A stretch of DNA of 63,997 nt, filler included, from Barthelona sp. PAP020 (GCA_040182905.1; 25 parts of 25 records of this genome joined end to end with filler, not necessarily neighbours in it), one strand, 5' to 3'. Positions 31,647 to 44,783 are shown, counted from the whole stretch's first letter. Notes: a model not told the origin generated them from the letters alone. Numbers and translations: made by a program.

Positions 31647-31746
31647 AATTTGAATCCTGGCTGTTTNNNNNNNNNNNNNNNNNNNNNNNNNNNNNNNNNN
31701 NNNNNNNNNNTTAATTAATTAANNNNNNNNNNNNNNNNNNNNNNNN

Positions 31747-32791
31747 NNNNNNNNNNNNNNNNNNNNTAACAGCTGTTGATGATTTGGTGTTGTTGATGAG
31801 AAAGAGTTTTGAGCTTTCTCATTCAATTAATATATCTAGAGATCATCTTGTATCTCAAATTGATTTTCACTCAGTTTTTAACATTGTCAATGTTTGTGCA
31901 ACATTATTTGAAGAATTGACTCACAAACTTGCAAATTTTGTTAAACTTCCTGTTGATCAGTTGATTCAAGAATATTTTTCAGCAACAAATGATGAATTGG
32001 TGGCTCTTAAAAATATTCTCACCAAGCCAAGAAATGAAATTATTGAAGGCTTGGCTGATTTTACTCAAATTGTGCAAAAATTCCAAAATGAAGTTAGTTC
32101 TTCTCTTTCTTTATTGTCTAATATGGGTTCCAAAGATTTTTCATCTGAAAATTCCGATGAATCTGAAGTTATTCGTGATTTAGCCGATACTTTTGGAGAA
32201 AAAGTACTACCAATTGTAAAACAAAGAGCTTCAGAATTAGTTCAAAGAGCAGATGCTCCTGAAGCTTGGGTAAATATGCCCATTGCTGATTTAATTCAGC
32301 ATTTTAATGATTTGGCCAATGCTGTCACTCAAAACTCTAAATTAACTGGTGGAAATGTTTCTCTAACAATGGATCCCGAAGAATTCGCTTCAATAAATGA
32401 ACAAGGACACTTATTAAAGTTTGTTTTTGAAGGAGGTACTCATTTACACATGCCACCTGTTTTAGAGGATGTCATTCGTGATTTAATATTCAATTCCAGA
32501 AAATATTCACCCATTGGTACCACAATTACTGCACATATTTTTAATACAAAGAATAGTTTGCACATATCTATCTCTGATTTCGGTTATGGTTTTGATAGTG
32601 AAAAGGAATTGTACATGTGTGTTCAATATGGAGTAAGAAAGATGAAAAATTCTTCTGTTCGTAATTTAGGCTTAGGATTTGGTTTGACAAAGGCCGTTTT
32701 AATTACTGAATTTTTCAAAGGTACTTTTAAGATCTCAACTGCTCCTAAAATGGGGACAAGAATTAAAATCAAATTACCAAGACCCGAATAA
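31747..32791 (+). CDS. Sensor histidine kinase (HATPase_c), C-terminal fragment
   Basis: N box (VIRDLIFNSRKY), G1 (ISDFGYG), G2 (GLGFGLT) and terminal GTRIKIKLP. Confidence 0.85.
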
Positions 32792-32945
32792 ATGTGTTTA
32801 TTGATATTCATGTATTTTTGAGAATGGTTTAAAAATCAAATTTTGTAAATTTTTCATTTGATTTTTTTTTAATGTTTAAAAGTTAAGGAAAGACAATCAA
32901 ACATTCTAAATTTGACACACACAAAAAAAATAAGATAATTTATTG

Positions 32946-33980
32946 TTATATTCTAGATTTCTTTTCAAGACTATTCGCTACAAATCTTTTAAAAGAAGCA
33001 ATTGCTAATTTTTCGGTTTCTCTTGCTGCTTCCCTCACCTTTGAAGATAAAATTTGATTTCTTTTCCTTAAATGTATTTTCATATCATTCTCCATTTTTT
33101 CTCTAAGCATCCATTTGTCCAAATTACGCTTTAATTGTATATTTTCTACCTTTGAATTATGAATGTGAGCCTTTTCAACAATATACATGAGATGTTCATC
33201 TTTTCTTGTTAAAATATTATTGTAATATTCTTTATCAGCAAAGATCTTTAATTCTCTTCTTCTTTCATCCTCTGCCAATTTCATCTTTGCCTTTTCACAA
33301 GCACAAGTTCCAAATCTTCGAGCTTTTTCTATTCTTTCATGCATTAATTCATTTCTATTTTCTTTTGCAATTTGTTGGCTTTCATATATATTAGAATAAT
33401 AATAAATTCTCATATCTGTTTCATGGCGTCTATTTCGAGCTCTAACAATATAGTAATGATTCAAATGATTCAATATCTTTGAAACTCTTTTCGCAATAAA
33501 TGATTTTCTCCTGGCTTGAGAAGAAATATTTTTTGCTTGCATTAAACGATGTTTCAGACGAATTTGTGTTTGATACCTTATCGAAACAATAAATCTCTTT
33601 CTCAAAGCAAGTTGATTGTAATTGATTAAAGCAATTTTTCTTTCCCTAATAATAGTATTTCGTCTGACATCAGCTGCTCTCAATTTTGTTTTTAATCTTA
33701 ATTTCCGTGATAATTCTTGTTCCTTTCTTTTGGTTTGAATTTTATCATAATTGATTAAAACCCTCATGTATTCTCGACAGCCACGTTTTTGAATAGATCT
33801 AATGAATTCATTTCTTCGATTCTGCGCTTTTCTTAATTTTTCATCAATTTGATACCTGGTGATTCTTGGAAATTTAACAGTAAATTTTGGCCTATGAAAT
33901 AAAACAGTTTTTTTTTGTTTGTCATAAACTATTGAAAAACTGTAACCACCTTTAGTCTTTAATAGTGGGATTACAAACAT
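32946..33980 (-). CDS. Basic coiled-coil hypothetical protein
   Basis: 344-aa Arg/Lys-rich helical ORF with repeated AxxRR motifs. Confidence 0.6.
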   Translation of the reverse strand: MFVIPLLKTKGGYSFSIVYDKQKKTVLFHRPKFTVKFPRITRYQIDEKLRKAQNRRNEFIRSIQKRGCREYMRVLINYDKIQTKRKEQELSRKLRLKTKLRAADVRRNTIIRERKIALINYNQLALRKRFIVSIRYQTQIRLKHRLMQAKNISSQARRKSFIAKRVSKILNHLNHYYIVRARNRRHETDMRIYYYSNIYESQQIAKENRNELMHERIEKARRFGTCACEKAKMKLAEDERRRELKIFADKEYYNNILTRKDEHLMYIVEKAHIHNSKVENIQLKRNLDKWMLREKMENDMKIHLRKRNQILSSKVREAARETEKLAIASFKRFVANSLEKKSRI

Positions 33981-34377
33981 GGTTATAATGAAAAATAATA
34001 CACAACGAACACCAGTTTTTTCTTACTAAGGCTTCATATTTTTGAAAACATGGTTATCAAGTAAATTTAGTCAACCTTAATTTATATATGTTGTATTCCA
34101 AACAATAATATTTTGATTATCAAATGTCCAAAAAAAAATTCAAAAGAAGAAAGCTTGAAAAATTGGTGCAGAATAAATGAATAAACAAAAAAGAAAACCC
34201 AAAGAATGTTTATGTTTCCTCAAACAAGGGGAGGTTACTCAAGGAACGTGATAGAGGTCTTGAGGGACTATTGAGAGNNNNNNNNNNNNNNNNNNNNNNN
34301 NNNNNNNNNNNNNNNNNNNNNTTAATTAATTAANNNNNNNNNNNNNNNNNNNNNNNNNNNNNNNNNNNNNNNNNNNN

Positions 34378-35552
34378 GGCTTTTGGAAAGAAAGGGATAT
34401 GTGGAAAGGGTTCAAGAATTGACTAATGAAAACGGTCAGTTGAAAGCTAAAGAGGAGAAATGGATGAATGAAAAGCAAGAATTGGTCAATCAAGCAGACA
34501 ATTTTATGGAAGAAAAAAGAAACTGGATGAATAAAAACCAAGAATTAACAAATCAAGTCGATCATTTGACAAACCAATTGAATGACCTTATGAACAACAA
34601 TACCAGAGAACCATTCAATGAAAATAGAAAGCAAATTGTTCTTGCAGTCGAAAGATTTGAAGAAAGGCCTGTGTTTAGTGAAGAGTTTCCTGATATTCAG
34701 ATTTTTGCCCTTGATTACAGCCCTGATGGACGCTTTTTTGCGGTTGCTGGACATAATAGTAAATTACTCAGAGTCTACAACGCTGAAACACATGAAATTG
34801 TGCATGAAGGGGAGTATATGAACGCTAGGGGTCTCAATTTTAATCCAGACTCCAAGCTGTTGGCTGTTGGTGGTTATGCTTCAGCAATTCATATCATTGA
34901 GGTTGATACTTGGAGAACAGTAAGAGTGATTAGGGGCATGTCAATTGATGTAAAACGTATGTGGTTTTCACCAGATGGCAAATTGCTTTCTTTTGGTATG
35001 CGAAATGGTTACATTGGTATATACACGGTTGAAGGACAGAAGTTGCATGAATCTCGAGCTCATGAAAAAAATGTTTACTCTGTACGCATCAGCTCCGATA
35101 TGAAGTACTTTGCCTCTGTCAGCGATGATGGATGTTCAAAGTTGTTTTCATTGGAGACATATGAAGAGCTTTACAGGTGGAGTCATGATGGAAATGAGGT
35201 TAACTCAGGCAACTTCTCACCCGATGGTGCCTATTGGGCGACAGGTGATGACAGTGGTACAATCAGGATATTTCATGTTGAATCTAGAGAGTTGGTGCGA
35301 AAGTACAAGGTTCATGATTGTTGGATATACTCAATCATCTTCTCCCAAGATGGTTTATTGATCTATTCTGGTTCTTGGAAAAAATCATTTGCTGTGATTC
35401 GAAGAGAAACAGGTCAAGTGTTGCAGAAAGTGAAAGTACCTTTTTATATTCGTGCTATAGCCCTCAACCATGATAGAACTCGTTTGTTGTGCAGTGGATG
35501 GAATGGTGAGAATAATCTCCCAATCCAAGAATTCATTGCTTCAAATCTGTAA
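34378..35552 (+). CDS. Coiled-coil plus WD40 protein, 5' truncated
   Basis: N-terminal heptad repeats followed by ~7 WD blades (FSPDGAYWATGDDSGTIRIF). Confidence 0.85.
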
Positions 35553-37400
35553 AACTCCACATTGCATTTTGCACTAGTAATCATTATTACATGTTTCACC
35601 TCGCTTCTCAGGTTCTGCAACTGGTAAATTTAAAACACATCTTCATTTCATCATTTTATTCATTTTGTCAGGAAAATTTTTCCTCCCATTTTTTTCATAT
35701 TTGGCAAAAGCCAATTTATTCTAGTTTTCAACTTTCACTTTCGAAAGATAGATATTGTTGTTTCATTTTAAATCAATAAGGGTATTTAAAGCCTTCAACA
35801 AAAAGAACATGACTCTTTCTTATTCACTTTTTTTTCACTGGGTTTCTTTGCAAATAAAATTCTTTCCATTTTTGAAGTTTAAATTTTGAAATTTTGAAAT
35901 TCACAGAACAATAATAATAATTGCTTATAAAGACCTCTTTTGTTCAGGGTTAAAAGTTAGGAGTATTTGCAACTAGGTCTTTTTGTGTGGAGGGTTCAGA
36001 ACACTCCTAAAGATAAAAAAGAAATGCTTCCGGTTTAATGAGGGTATTTAAAGAAAAGAGTAAAATTTTCCTGCCCTTGATTCACTTTAAATTTCAACAA
36101 TAAATTTTGAAGAGTTTATGTCCAACTCTTAGGTGTGTGTGTGGGGGGGGGGGGGATTCTAGTTGAGATGTTAGCAGCATAATCTTTCTTTCCCTCTTTA
36201 AAACAAAAATTTTTTCATTCCAAACTTTTGAAACTTTTGAAAGGTGGCAAGAAAACCTATTCTTTCTTGATGATTTGGCAAATATCTTTTCCTCATTTAT
36301 GGAGTTCTGGTTGTAAACTGATTCATTTATTGACATACTAGTATTGAATGTTGAAAATTTCACTGTGCCAGTTTAAAATGTCTCCACTTATGTTCTCTTT
36401 TTGACACTTTTATATTCGTTGTTGGCTTAATTTATTTACTTGTATCCCTAATCTTATAATTCTTACGATTCCGTGTTATTGCGAGCTTTTCAATTTTGAT
36501 ACCCATCAATATCAAAAATTGCAAAAAGAAACCTTGAACACATTTATATTGTCTTTTGCATGAATTTCACAAAGAGTGGATTATTTTATAAAGGACATTC
36601 AGTTCACAAACCAGAATCAGAGCAAGAACTGACAAACACAAACTAGCCAACTTCTCATCCGATAATCTTCACAAAAGCTTTGATGATCATTTTCAGTTTT
36701 GAAGATGTGAATGTTGTTGAAAATTAATTTGGCAACAACAAAAATTTCACCGAAAGAGGACGCAAAGGAAGAATTAACCCAAAATACTCCTGCATATAAA
36801 GCTAATAATCCCATAAGAAAGAAAATTTTAAATCTGGAAAAGAGGAGATCAAAACAATAAGAATTTTATTTTCTAAAGGACCGCNNNNNNNNNNNNNNNN
36901 NNNNNNNNNNNNNNNNNNNNNNNNNNNNTTAATTAATTAANNNNNNNNNNNNNNNNNNNNNNNNNNNNNNNNNNNNNNNNNNNNGTTTTTGTCTCTTCTT
37001 TAAGATGGCCTGGTGCATGTCATATTTCTTTTGAAAGAACATTCTTCAATTGTTATATTGGTAATGGTTTACCATATTCTCCAGTTAGTGTTGTTCCAAG
37101 TTTACCAAAATTCAACATGGAATATGATTATCTCAACAAAAGCTTAAAATTGTATGATGAAGAAGAAGATCCTCATGATGTTGTAAAACCTGAAGACAAA
37201 AATAAGGACGAAGAAAAGAATGATCACGATGATAATGATGAAGAGGAGAATGATGATGATGAAGAGGATTAATTGTGTAACTTGTATCTTGGAGCAAAAT
37301 AAAAATTATTTGTAAAATGAACGTTTTTTCTTTTATCAAACCATTTAGAAACAAAACATTTGTTGAAATTCTTGCTTAAAAGAAATAAATAGAGTACTAA

Positions 37401-37498
37401 TTATTTCCAAACCAAGAAGCACTGTACGTATGAGTGAATAAAAAAAAGAACAGTGTTTATTTGGTTAATGGCTTTCGAGGCCCGATTGATCTGTTGAA
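37401..37498 (+). repeat. Dispersed ~90-bp repeat (copy 3)
   Basis: Near-identical to 28961-29053. Confidence 0.85.
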
Positions 37499-38259
37499 AA
37501 ACTTTAGATTTTCTAAAGTAAAGTTTGAATTTTTTCCAAAGACACAACCTAGATTCACACAATGTACTTTCAGTCTGGATCTCACACACTGTATTTTTCC
37601 GAAATTCACTAAAATGACCCTTTGGGTTTTTATTCAGTGTAAATAAGTTTATGTCACTACTGGAGCAAAGTATCAGGCCACTTCTATTTTTTTTTGAGAT
37701 TTTGATGTCAATTATTGGAGTCCAGCACAACAAGAACAAAAAATATTGATAATAAATGATGTTGATTTTATTAGTTAAATTGAAGGTCGTCACACTAACA
37801 ACATTGGAGACTCTCATTGAAGAAGTGAAAAAGGTTCTTGCAATGGAAGAAAAAAAGAAGATACATATCGCACAATTGCAAGTTTAATTTGTGAATTTCG
37901 TGGGTGCAAATATGTCAACACCATCATTACATCAACAAATCTGTGAAAATGAATTGGAACAATGTCTTTTGTTAAAAAATTCGAACAAACATTATCATGA
38001 CAAACTTTCAGAATTGTGTGACATTTTGGCAATGTTTAAATCAATAGCGAAAGTTCAATTGGATGCTTCAATTCGAAAAAGGAAATCTCAAGAAAGAATT
38101 AAATTATATTGTGAATAGTTCTCCACAAACCAGTCAATCAATCATCGAATTTCATTTTGACAACAACAAAATTAAAATACTGCCTGATTTGAGGGATAAA
38201 TATTGATATCCAAAGAGAAATGGGAAATTTGGAGGTCCTTTTTTTTTTTTTTGCCGATA

Positions 38260-39489
38260 ATGGTTGTTGACACTGTAGTTGAGGAAACTGATCCATATAT
38301 AAAGTATAACATGGATCAAGTTGTTGTTCCGGATGGGTTTGATGTGGATGGATTTGAAGATAATGGTCGACCAAAGAAGATCTATTTTGCAGCATGTGAT
38401 GGTAACCTTGAGGTTGTCAAGCAGTGTATCAAAGCTGGCGTTGATGTGAACAAACAGGGCAAGGAAGGAAGGACATCGCTTTGGGGAGCTGCTTTTTGTG
38501 GGCATATAGAAGTTGTTGAGTTTTTGTTGGATTTTGGCGCTGATGTTCATTTGAGTATGAATGATGGATTTACTCCATTATATGTTTGTTGTCAAAATGG
38601 TCATCTTGATGTTGCCAGAATGCTCTTGGATCATGGCGCTGATATTAATTTGAGTATGAATGATGGATATTCTCCATTGTACATCAGTTGTCAAAATGAT
38701 CATCTTGATGTTGCCAGAATGCACTTGGATCATGGGGTTGATGTTAATCTGTGTAATAATAATGATGCTTCTCCATTGTACATCAGTTGTCAAAATGGTC
38801 ATTTTGATGTTGCCAAACTGCTCTTGGATCATAGAGCTGATGTTAATCTGTGTAATAATAATGGTGCTTCTTCATTGTTCATTAGTTGTCAAAATGGTCA
38901 TCTTGATGTTGCGAGAATGCTCTTAGATCATGGAGCTGATGTTAATTTGTGTCCTAATGATGGTGTTTCTCCATTGTATGTTAGTTGTCTAAATGGGCAT
39001 CTTGATGTTGCCAGAATGCTCTTGGATCATGGAGCTGATGTTAATTTGTGTGACAATGATGGGTGGTCTCCATTGTACATCAGTTGTGAACTTGGTCATC
39101 TTAATGTTGCCAAAATGCTTTTGGATCATGGGGCTGATGTTAATTTGTGTAAGAATAATGGTGTTTCTCCATTGTACATCAGTTGCCAAAAAGGTCATCT
39201 TGATGTGGCCAGAATGCTCTTGGATCATGGAGCTGATGTTCATTTGTGTAGGGACGGTGGATTTTCTCCATTGTATGTTAGTTGCCATAAAGGTCATCTT
39301 GATATTACCAAGATGCTTCTAGATTGTCCCGAAATAAACTTATATGGTGAAGATATGCTGTTTTTTTTCAACAAATTGTATACAAGTGATGAACAATGGA
39401 AAAAGAACAAATGCAGTATTTTGAGCTGTCCCAATTTAAAACAACAATTGAAGAGTGGTGAGCCTGTTGATTTGAAATTTGAGCATTTG
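38260..39489 (+). CDS. Ankyrin-repeat protein of the same family, lacking the kinase domain, with an unrelated C-terminal segment
   Basis: Shares the DPYIKY.MD.VVVPDGFDVDGFE leader and ankyrin repeats with 6647-7909; switches to non-ankyrin sequence near 39325. Confidence 0.85.
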
Positions 39490-39589
39490 NNNNNNNNNNN
39501 NNNNNNNNNNNNNNNNNNNNNNNNNNNNNNNNNTTAATTAATTAANNNNNNNNNNNNNNNNNNNNNNNNNNNNNNNNNNNNNNNNNNNN

Positions 39590-39873
39590 CAATAATAACC
39601 ATTTAAATTTTACTAAATCTTCCAAAACAACAGAAGCTAAAAACTTTGTCTCCATATGTTCAGCATTTGTCAAAATTGTGTCGCATATGGTCCAAGCTCT
39701 AGGTTCATCTTTAAATTGAGTTAATAATTTCTGTGCTTCACTTTGCTATTAAGGTTAGTCACTATCAATTGAAAAAAAGTTACAGCTTCACCATTTCCAT
39801 AATATGCAGTTTCAACAACAGAATCCAATATACTCACATCATAATCATCTGTGATATCTAAAATGGTGTCCAT
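39590..39873 (-). CDS. XPO1: Exportin-1/CRM1, 5' fragment; exons 39873-39784 and 39745-39590
   Basis: Spliced product MDTILDITDDYDVSILDSVVETAYYGNGEAQSEAQKLLTQFKDEPRAWTICDTIL..TKFLA..KW matches the CRM1 N-terminus. Confidence 0.88.
39746..39783 (-). other. 38-nt spliceosomal intron in CRM1
   Basis: GTAACT...ACTAACCTTAATAG; removal restores the frame. Confidence 0.88.
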
Positions 39874-39937
39874 GAAATAACAAACAATGTTGGAAAAATC
39901 AAAATCAACTTTTTTTTATTTATTTCATTGAATCATT

Positions 39938-42090
39938 ATGGACACTGCAACCGAAATAATTGATGGAGCGTTGCAAAGTCTTAAAGCAGCTTTAAATCCA
40001 GCTTTAAATTCTACGATGGAAACAAGTGTGACTTCTGATACTATCATTAATTATTTGCAATTGATATGTGAAATCATTGAACGGTATTTTTATTCTTATA
40101 ATTATTCATTTTATCTAATAGTTTAGTGATACTAATCCCTATTATTTGAAACATTTATTATTTGAAAACAAATTTGATTTTGAAGAATTGATTGTTATCA
40201 TTATTAGATTTATTCATTTTTATTCTTCAGATGAAGGTCTTCTTCCATTTCATACTCCGGAATGCAGACGAGCAGCCTTAAACTTTTTGAACAATTTTAA
40301 TTATTATTTTTCCACTGTACAAAATCAAGAAAATGCTGAAGAAGTTAGAGCTAGACAGGAATTATCTTTACGTTTTACTGGATATTTTGTTAGCAATCAA
40401 GGTATTAAGGAAGTTATTGAATTAATTAAAGTTGAAGACAATCCCGACACTAGAGCTGTTGCTATCGAAACTTTAGGGTCATTATGTCATTCAAATGATC
40501 TTTGTTTAAAGAATGCTGTTTCAGAAAAGGTCATTCATGTCCTATTAAGTCGTTTGCAAACCGATAAGTGGGATATTGTGAGACGTTGGGCCGCTAGCGT
40601 TCTTTCCTTTGTTGCAAAACGTTATGCTCAACAATTTGAACAGGCTGATGGTTTGAAAATAATGCTTTCAATTTTGAAATTAGATCCTCATCCTAATGTT
40701 CAAGCAGATTCTGCTGAAATCATTTCCATTTTATTTGCTGAACTTCCAAAACTTATTGATGATGCTGTTGACATTGGTTTGGTTGAAATTTTAACAGAAG
40801 TGCTTTCACAGGGTAGTGATGTTGCAGTTCGTGAAATTTTACGTCTTATCGAAAAAATTTTATCGTTTGCTCCTTTGTACGTATCATTTATCGAAAAATT
40901 TATTAAAACTGCTGGTTATATGGCTGTTTTAAGATTGGTTGAAGAAGGTTCAGAAGATATTTCCAGAAGATCTATTCGTCTTATAAGAATTTTGGTTCAA
41001 AAGGCTCCAATTCGTTTCCGTTTACCCTTAATGTTGGTTGGAAGAAAACATTCTTTGAATTGCATTTTATCTTGCACACGTGAAGCTTTTATCAGTCCTT
41101 CTGCTGATGTGTTAGAATCCCCAACTTTATTAAAACGATTAGAATGTGCTTTGACATTGGCTTGGTGTTGTACAAGTGATAAGTTGTGCATTGAATATCT
41201 TAGAAATGCTCTTGAAATCAGTCCTACAGATCTTGAAGCAAAAGGTTCAGTTTTGATCCGTTCTCTTCTTTTATTGGATGAAACTTCATTAATAGATACT
41301 CCTTTGCTGAATGTCTGTGGATACCGTCTTAATGGTGTTGGTATTGATGAACTTGGTCGTGGTTATTGGACACAAGATAAAGAAGGTAATCCAATTTTGC
41401 AATTTAGAGATTGTGTCAGACATATGTTTGATGTTGTTAACACTGTTCCTGTGCCAGAAGGACTTTTAAATGATAAATGTGTGTCCTTAGAAGCTGAAGA
41501 AGAATGGCAAAAAGGCATTACTGAAGAAGAGATGAATTACTTTATGAAAGACTTTGATTCAATGACTTTTAACCTTTCTCCAAGCAAACACAAACAAGTT
41601 GATGCCAAACTAACTCACAATCTTCTTTTGAGATTTTTAGCAGAAGCTTTTGTTACTGACGATGAAACTGCTGGTTCATTTATTTCTAAGCATAGACATT
41701 CCATGAAACAAGCTGCCTTCAATCCAGTTGCATACACTCAAGCATCAACTCCATTATCTTCAAAGAGAATTGTTTCACCTTTAAGAACAAATAAGAAACC
41801 TAAAATGAGTCCAAGACCTGTTCCAAGTGTCAAAGCCAATTCTCAAAGAATTATGAATGGAACTATGACACCAACAATCATCAAAAAATTGGAAGAAACA
41901 ACCATTTCCAAAATATCTTCGGTATCAAAATCACCAAAATCACCAAAATCACCTGAACTTCCCTTTTCTCCTGCTGGAATTCTTCACAGAACTTTAGATG
42001 ATAAAGCTGTTTTTGCTACAACTTTACCTGAAGTAAAAGTCAGTTTAAAAGGAGTTAATGATGATCTGTTAGAGTTTAACTTTGCTGGTA
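39938..42090 (+). CDS. Armadillo-repeat protein with a 43-nt intron (40084-40126), 3' truncated
   Basis: The GTATT..CTAATAGTTTAG intron joins the 39938 and 40146 ORFs in frame; ARM-like helices followed by a Ser/Pro-rich region. Confidence 0.78.
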
Positions 42091-42190
42091 NNNNNNNNNN
42101 NNNNNNNNNNNNNNNNNNNNNNNNNNNNNNNNNNTTAATTAATTAANNNNNNNNNNNNNNNNNNNNNNNNNNNNNNNNNNNNNNNNNNNN

Positions 42191-42510
42191 GCAATTGACA
42201 GATAGTTCAACCAAAGTTGTGAAGCTCTATGACATCAGTATTGCCAACTCAATCGAGTATGCTGAAAGACGCAAAAAGTGCAAGTTCGGTAATACTGTTG
42301 TTCCTCTGGTGTTTTTAGAGACTGGTCTTTTCTCAAGTACAGTCTCTACTTTCTTCAACAAGTGTCTGCAAACAGTCTCTCCATACGTCAAGCACACGCT
42401 CTGGCCTCGCATCAGGTACAGGCTCTCTGGACTTCTCGCAGAGTTCTGGGCCCTGCTACAGGCAACAAAGTAACAATGTGTAGCATTTGTTTTGTAAATA
42501 GGTAAAATAG
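42191..42510 (+). mobile_element. 3' end of an RLE-type non-LTR retrotransposon (endonuclease C-terminus, short 3' UTR, TAG tail)
   Basis: LYDISIAN..AERRKKCKF..VPLVFLETG resembles the restriction-like endonuclease D..E..K.KY..P..ETxG. Near-identical inverted copy at 63766-63997. Confidence 0.75.
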
Positions 42511-42538
42511 TGAATTTGTTAAAAAGGAAAGCATTGGA

Positions 42539-44684
42539 TCAATTGTAGAAGGGCCACAAAAGCTCTACAATTTGGGCATGACCGTTGGTTCGGGCAATAT
42601 CTATTGGTGTCAATTCTTGTTCAGTTTTGAGGTTGACATTGGCTTTATGATACAAGAGCATTTTAGCAACATCAAAATGCCCATTTTGACAACTAATGAA
42701 CAATGGAGAAGTGCCATCATCTCTACACAAATTAATATCCTCCCCAAGATCCAAGAGCATTTTAGCGATATTAACATGACCAAATTCACAACTCACAAAT
42801 AATGGCGACTCACCATTATTCATACATAATTTGACATTGGCACCATGATCCAAGAGCATTTCGGCAACATCAAGATGACCAAATTGACAACTAATATACA
42901 ATGGAGAAGTACCATTCCTATTACACAAATTAACATCAGCCCCATGATTCAAGAGCATTTTGGCAACATCAAGATGACCATTTTCACAACTACCATACAA
43001 TGGAGAAGCACCACGTTTGTCACATTGATTGAAATCTACCCCATGGTCCTCTAAGAGCATTTTGGCAACATCAAAATGACCTTTAAAACAACTAACGAAC
43101 AATGAAGAAAAACCATATTTAGTACATTGATTGGCATCAACTCCATGATCCTTTAAGAGCATTTTGACAATATCAAGATGACCTTCTAGACAACAAATAT
43201 ACAATGGAGAGCGACCATCTTCATCGCATTGATTAACATTAACCCCATGATCCAACAACATCTTTGCAACATCAAGATGACCTTTTTGACAACTAATATA
43301 CAACGGTGAAACCCCATTGATCTTGCATTTGTTGACATCAGCTCCATTGTCCAAAAGCATTCTAACCACATTCTTATGCCCATTTTCACAGGCAGTAAAC
43401 AATGAAGAAGCACCAGTATTCTTACAAAAATTGATGTCAACCTTAAAATCTAACAAGACCTCAACAATATCACTGTGCTCACAAGAAGAAGCCTCCCAAA
43501 GAACGCTTTCACCCTCATTTCCAAACTTTATCCATTTTTTAACAACTTCCAATTTTCCATCACGCACACTATGATATATCGTATCTGTATTGCAATATTC
43601 TGAAAAATTATCTGGAACAAGAACCTCATACAATCTATGTTTCACATAAGAATCACAAATAGCCGACTCAAGTTTTTTCTTTTCTTCCTCGTTATTTTCA
43701 TCCAAATTATGTTTCTTAAAATAATCACAAACAAGGAAAGAAATACATTTTTTCAAGTCAACAATCAACCCATCGAGATACTCAACTATTTCTGAAAACA
43801 ATGGTCTTTTATCGGGATCACGATTAAAACACTGAGACACAAAATTATATCCAATGACCGACTCCAATTCTTCATGTTTAAAAGGCAATTCACCTTTATT
43901 TAATTTTAGAGGAATTCTAAAATCAGGAATTCCTTCAAAAGGCTGAAACATTGTAATCACTTCAAAGTAAGTTGTTGCAAAAGCCCAACAATCAATACCA
44001 GGATGAGCAAAAATATCATTATTTACCAACTCAGGAGGCATATAACAAATGGTTCCTGTTCTAGACATCCTACTGTTTCTTTCAAAACAACGAACAAGAC
44101 CAAAATCGCACAGAACAGTAGTTCCATCATTTTTGATCAAAACATTCTTTGGATTGACATCTCGATGTATCACACCTTTACTATGACAAAACTCAAGTGC
44201 AGAAGCCAGTTGGAACATACTGATTAATCTCTCAATAACAGTCATTTTATGCATTCTTTTACTCAGTGTGTGTGGGCAATATTCCATCACAATGCCCCAT
44301 TTAATTTGATCTGCGACCTCCTTAGATGTCATACCATACACTTTGCAAATAAATGGATGAGAAAATGTAACAGCAATACATTCACCTTTCACTTCTTTTT
44401 TAGTTGAATCACGGGTATACTTTATAGCAACATTGGAGCATTGATATTGACCAAAATAAACTGTGCCATAACCACCCGATCCTAATTCTCTTTCTTCATT
44501 TAACAGTTCATAATCTATAAAAGGAACCTCAATTCCAGAACTGACGAGTTTGTGTTCAAATTCATTCATTTTTTGTTGCAACTCTTCCATCTTTTTCTTA
44601 CGTTCCAAAGGGTCCATTTTCGACATTTCATTCATTTGCAAATTTTGTTTTGAATTGAAAATTTCATCCATATTGAAAATATGC
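42539..44684 (-). CDS. TKL-like protein kinase plus C-terminal ankyrin repeats
   Basis: LGSGGYGTVY, VAIK, HRDVNPKN, DFG and YMPPE motifs, followed by ~10 ankyrin repeats. Confidence 0.92.
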
Positions 44685-44783
44685 NNNNNNNNNNNNNNNN
44701 NNNNNNNNNNNNNNNNNNNNNNNNNNNNTTAATTAATTAANNNNNNNNNNNNNNNNNNNNNNNNNNNNNNNNNNNNNNNNNNN

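Noticed and set aside
37144..38118. Short ORFs and GAT-rich tract upstream of the ankyrin gene
   Set aside because: Fragmented with no recognisable domain; possibly a decayed gene but not supportable.
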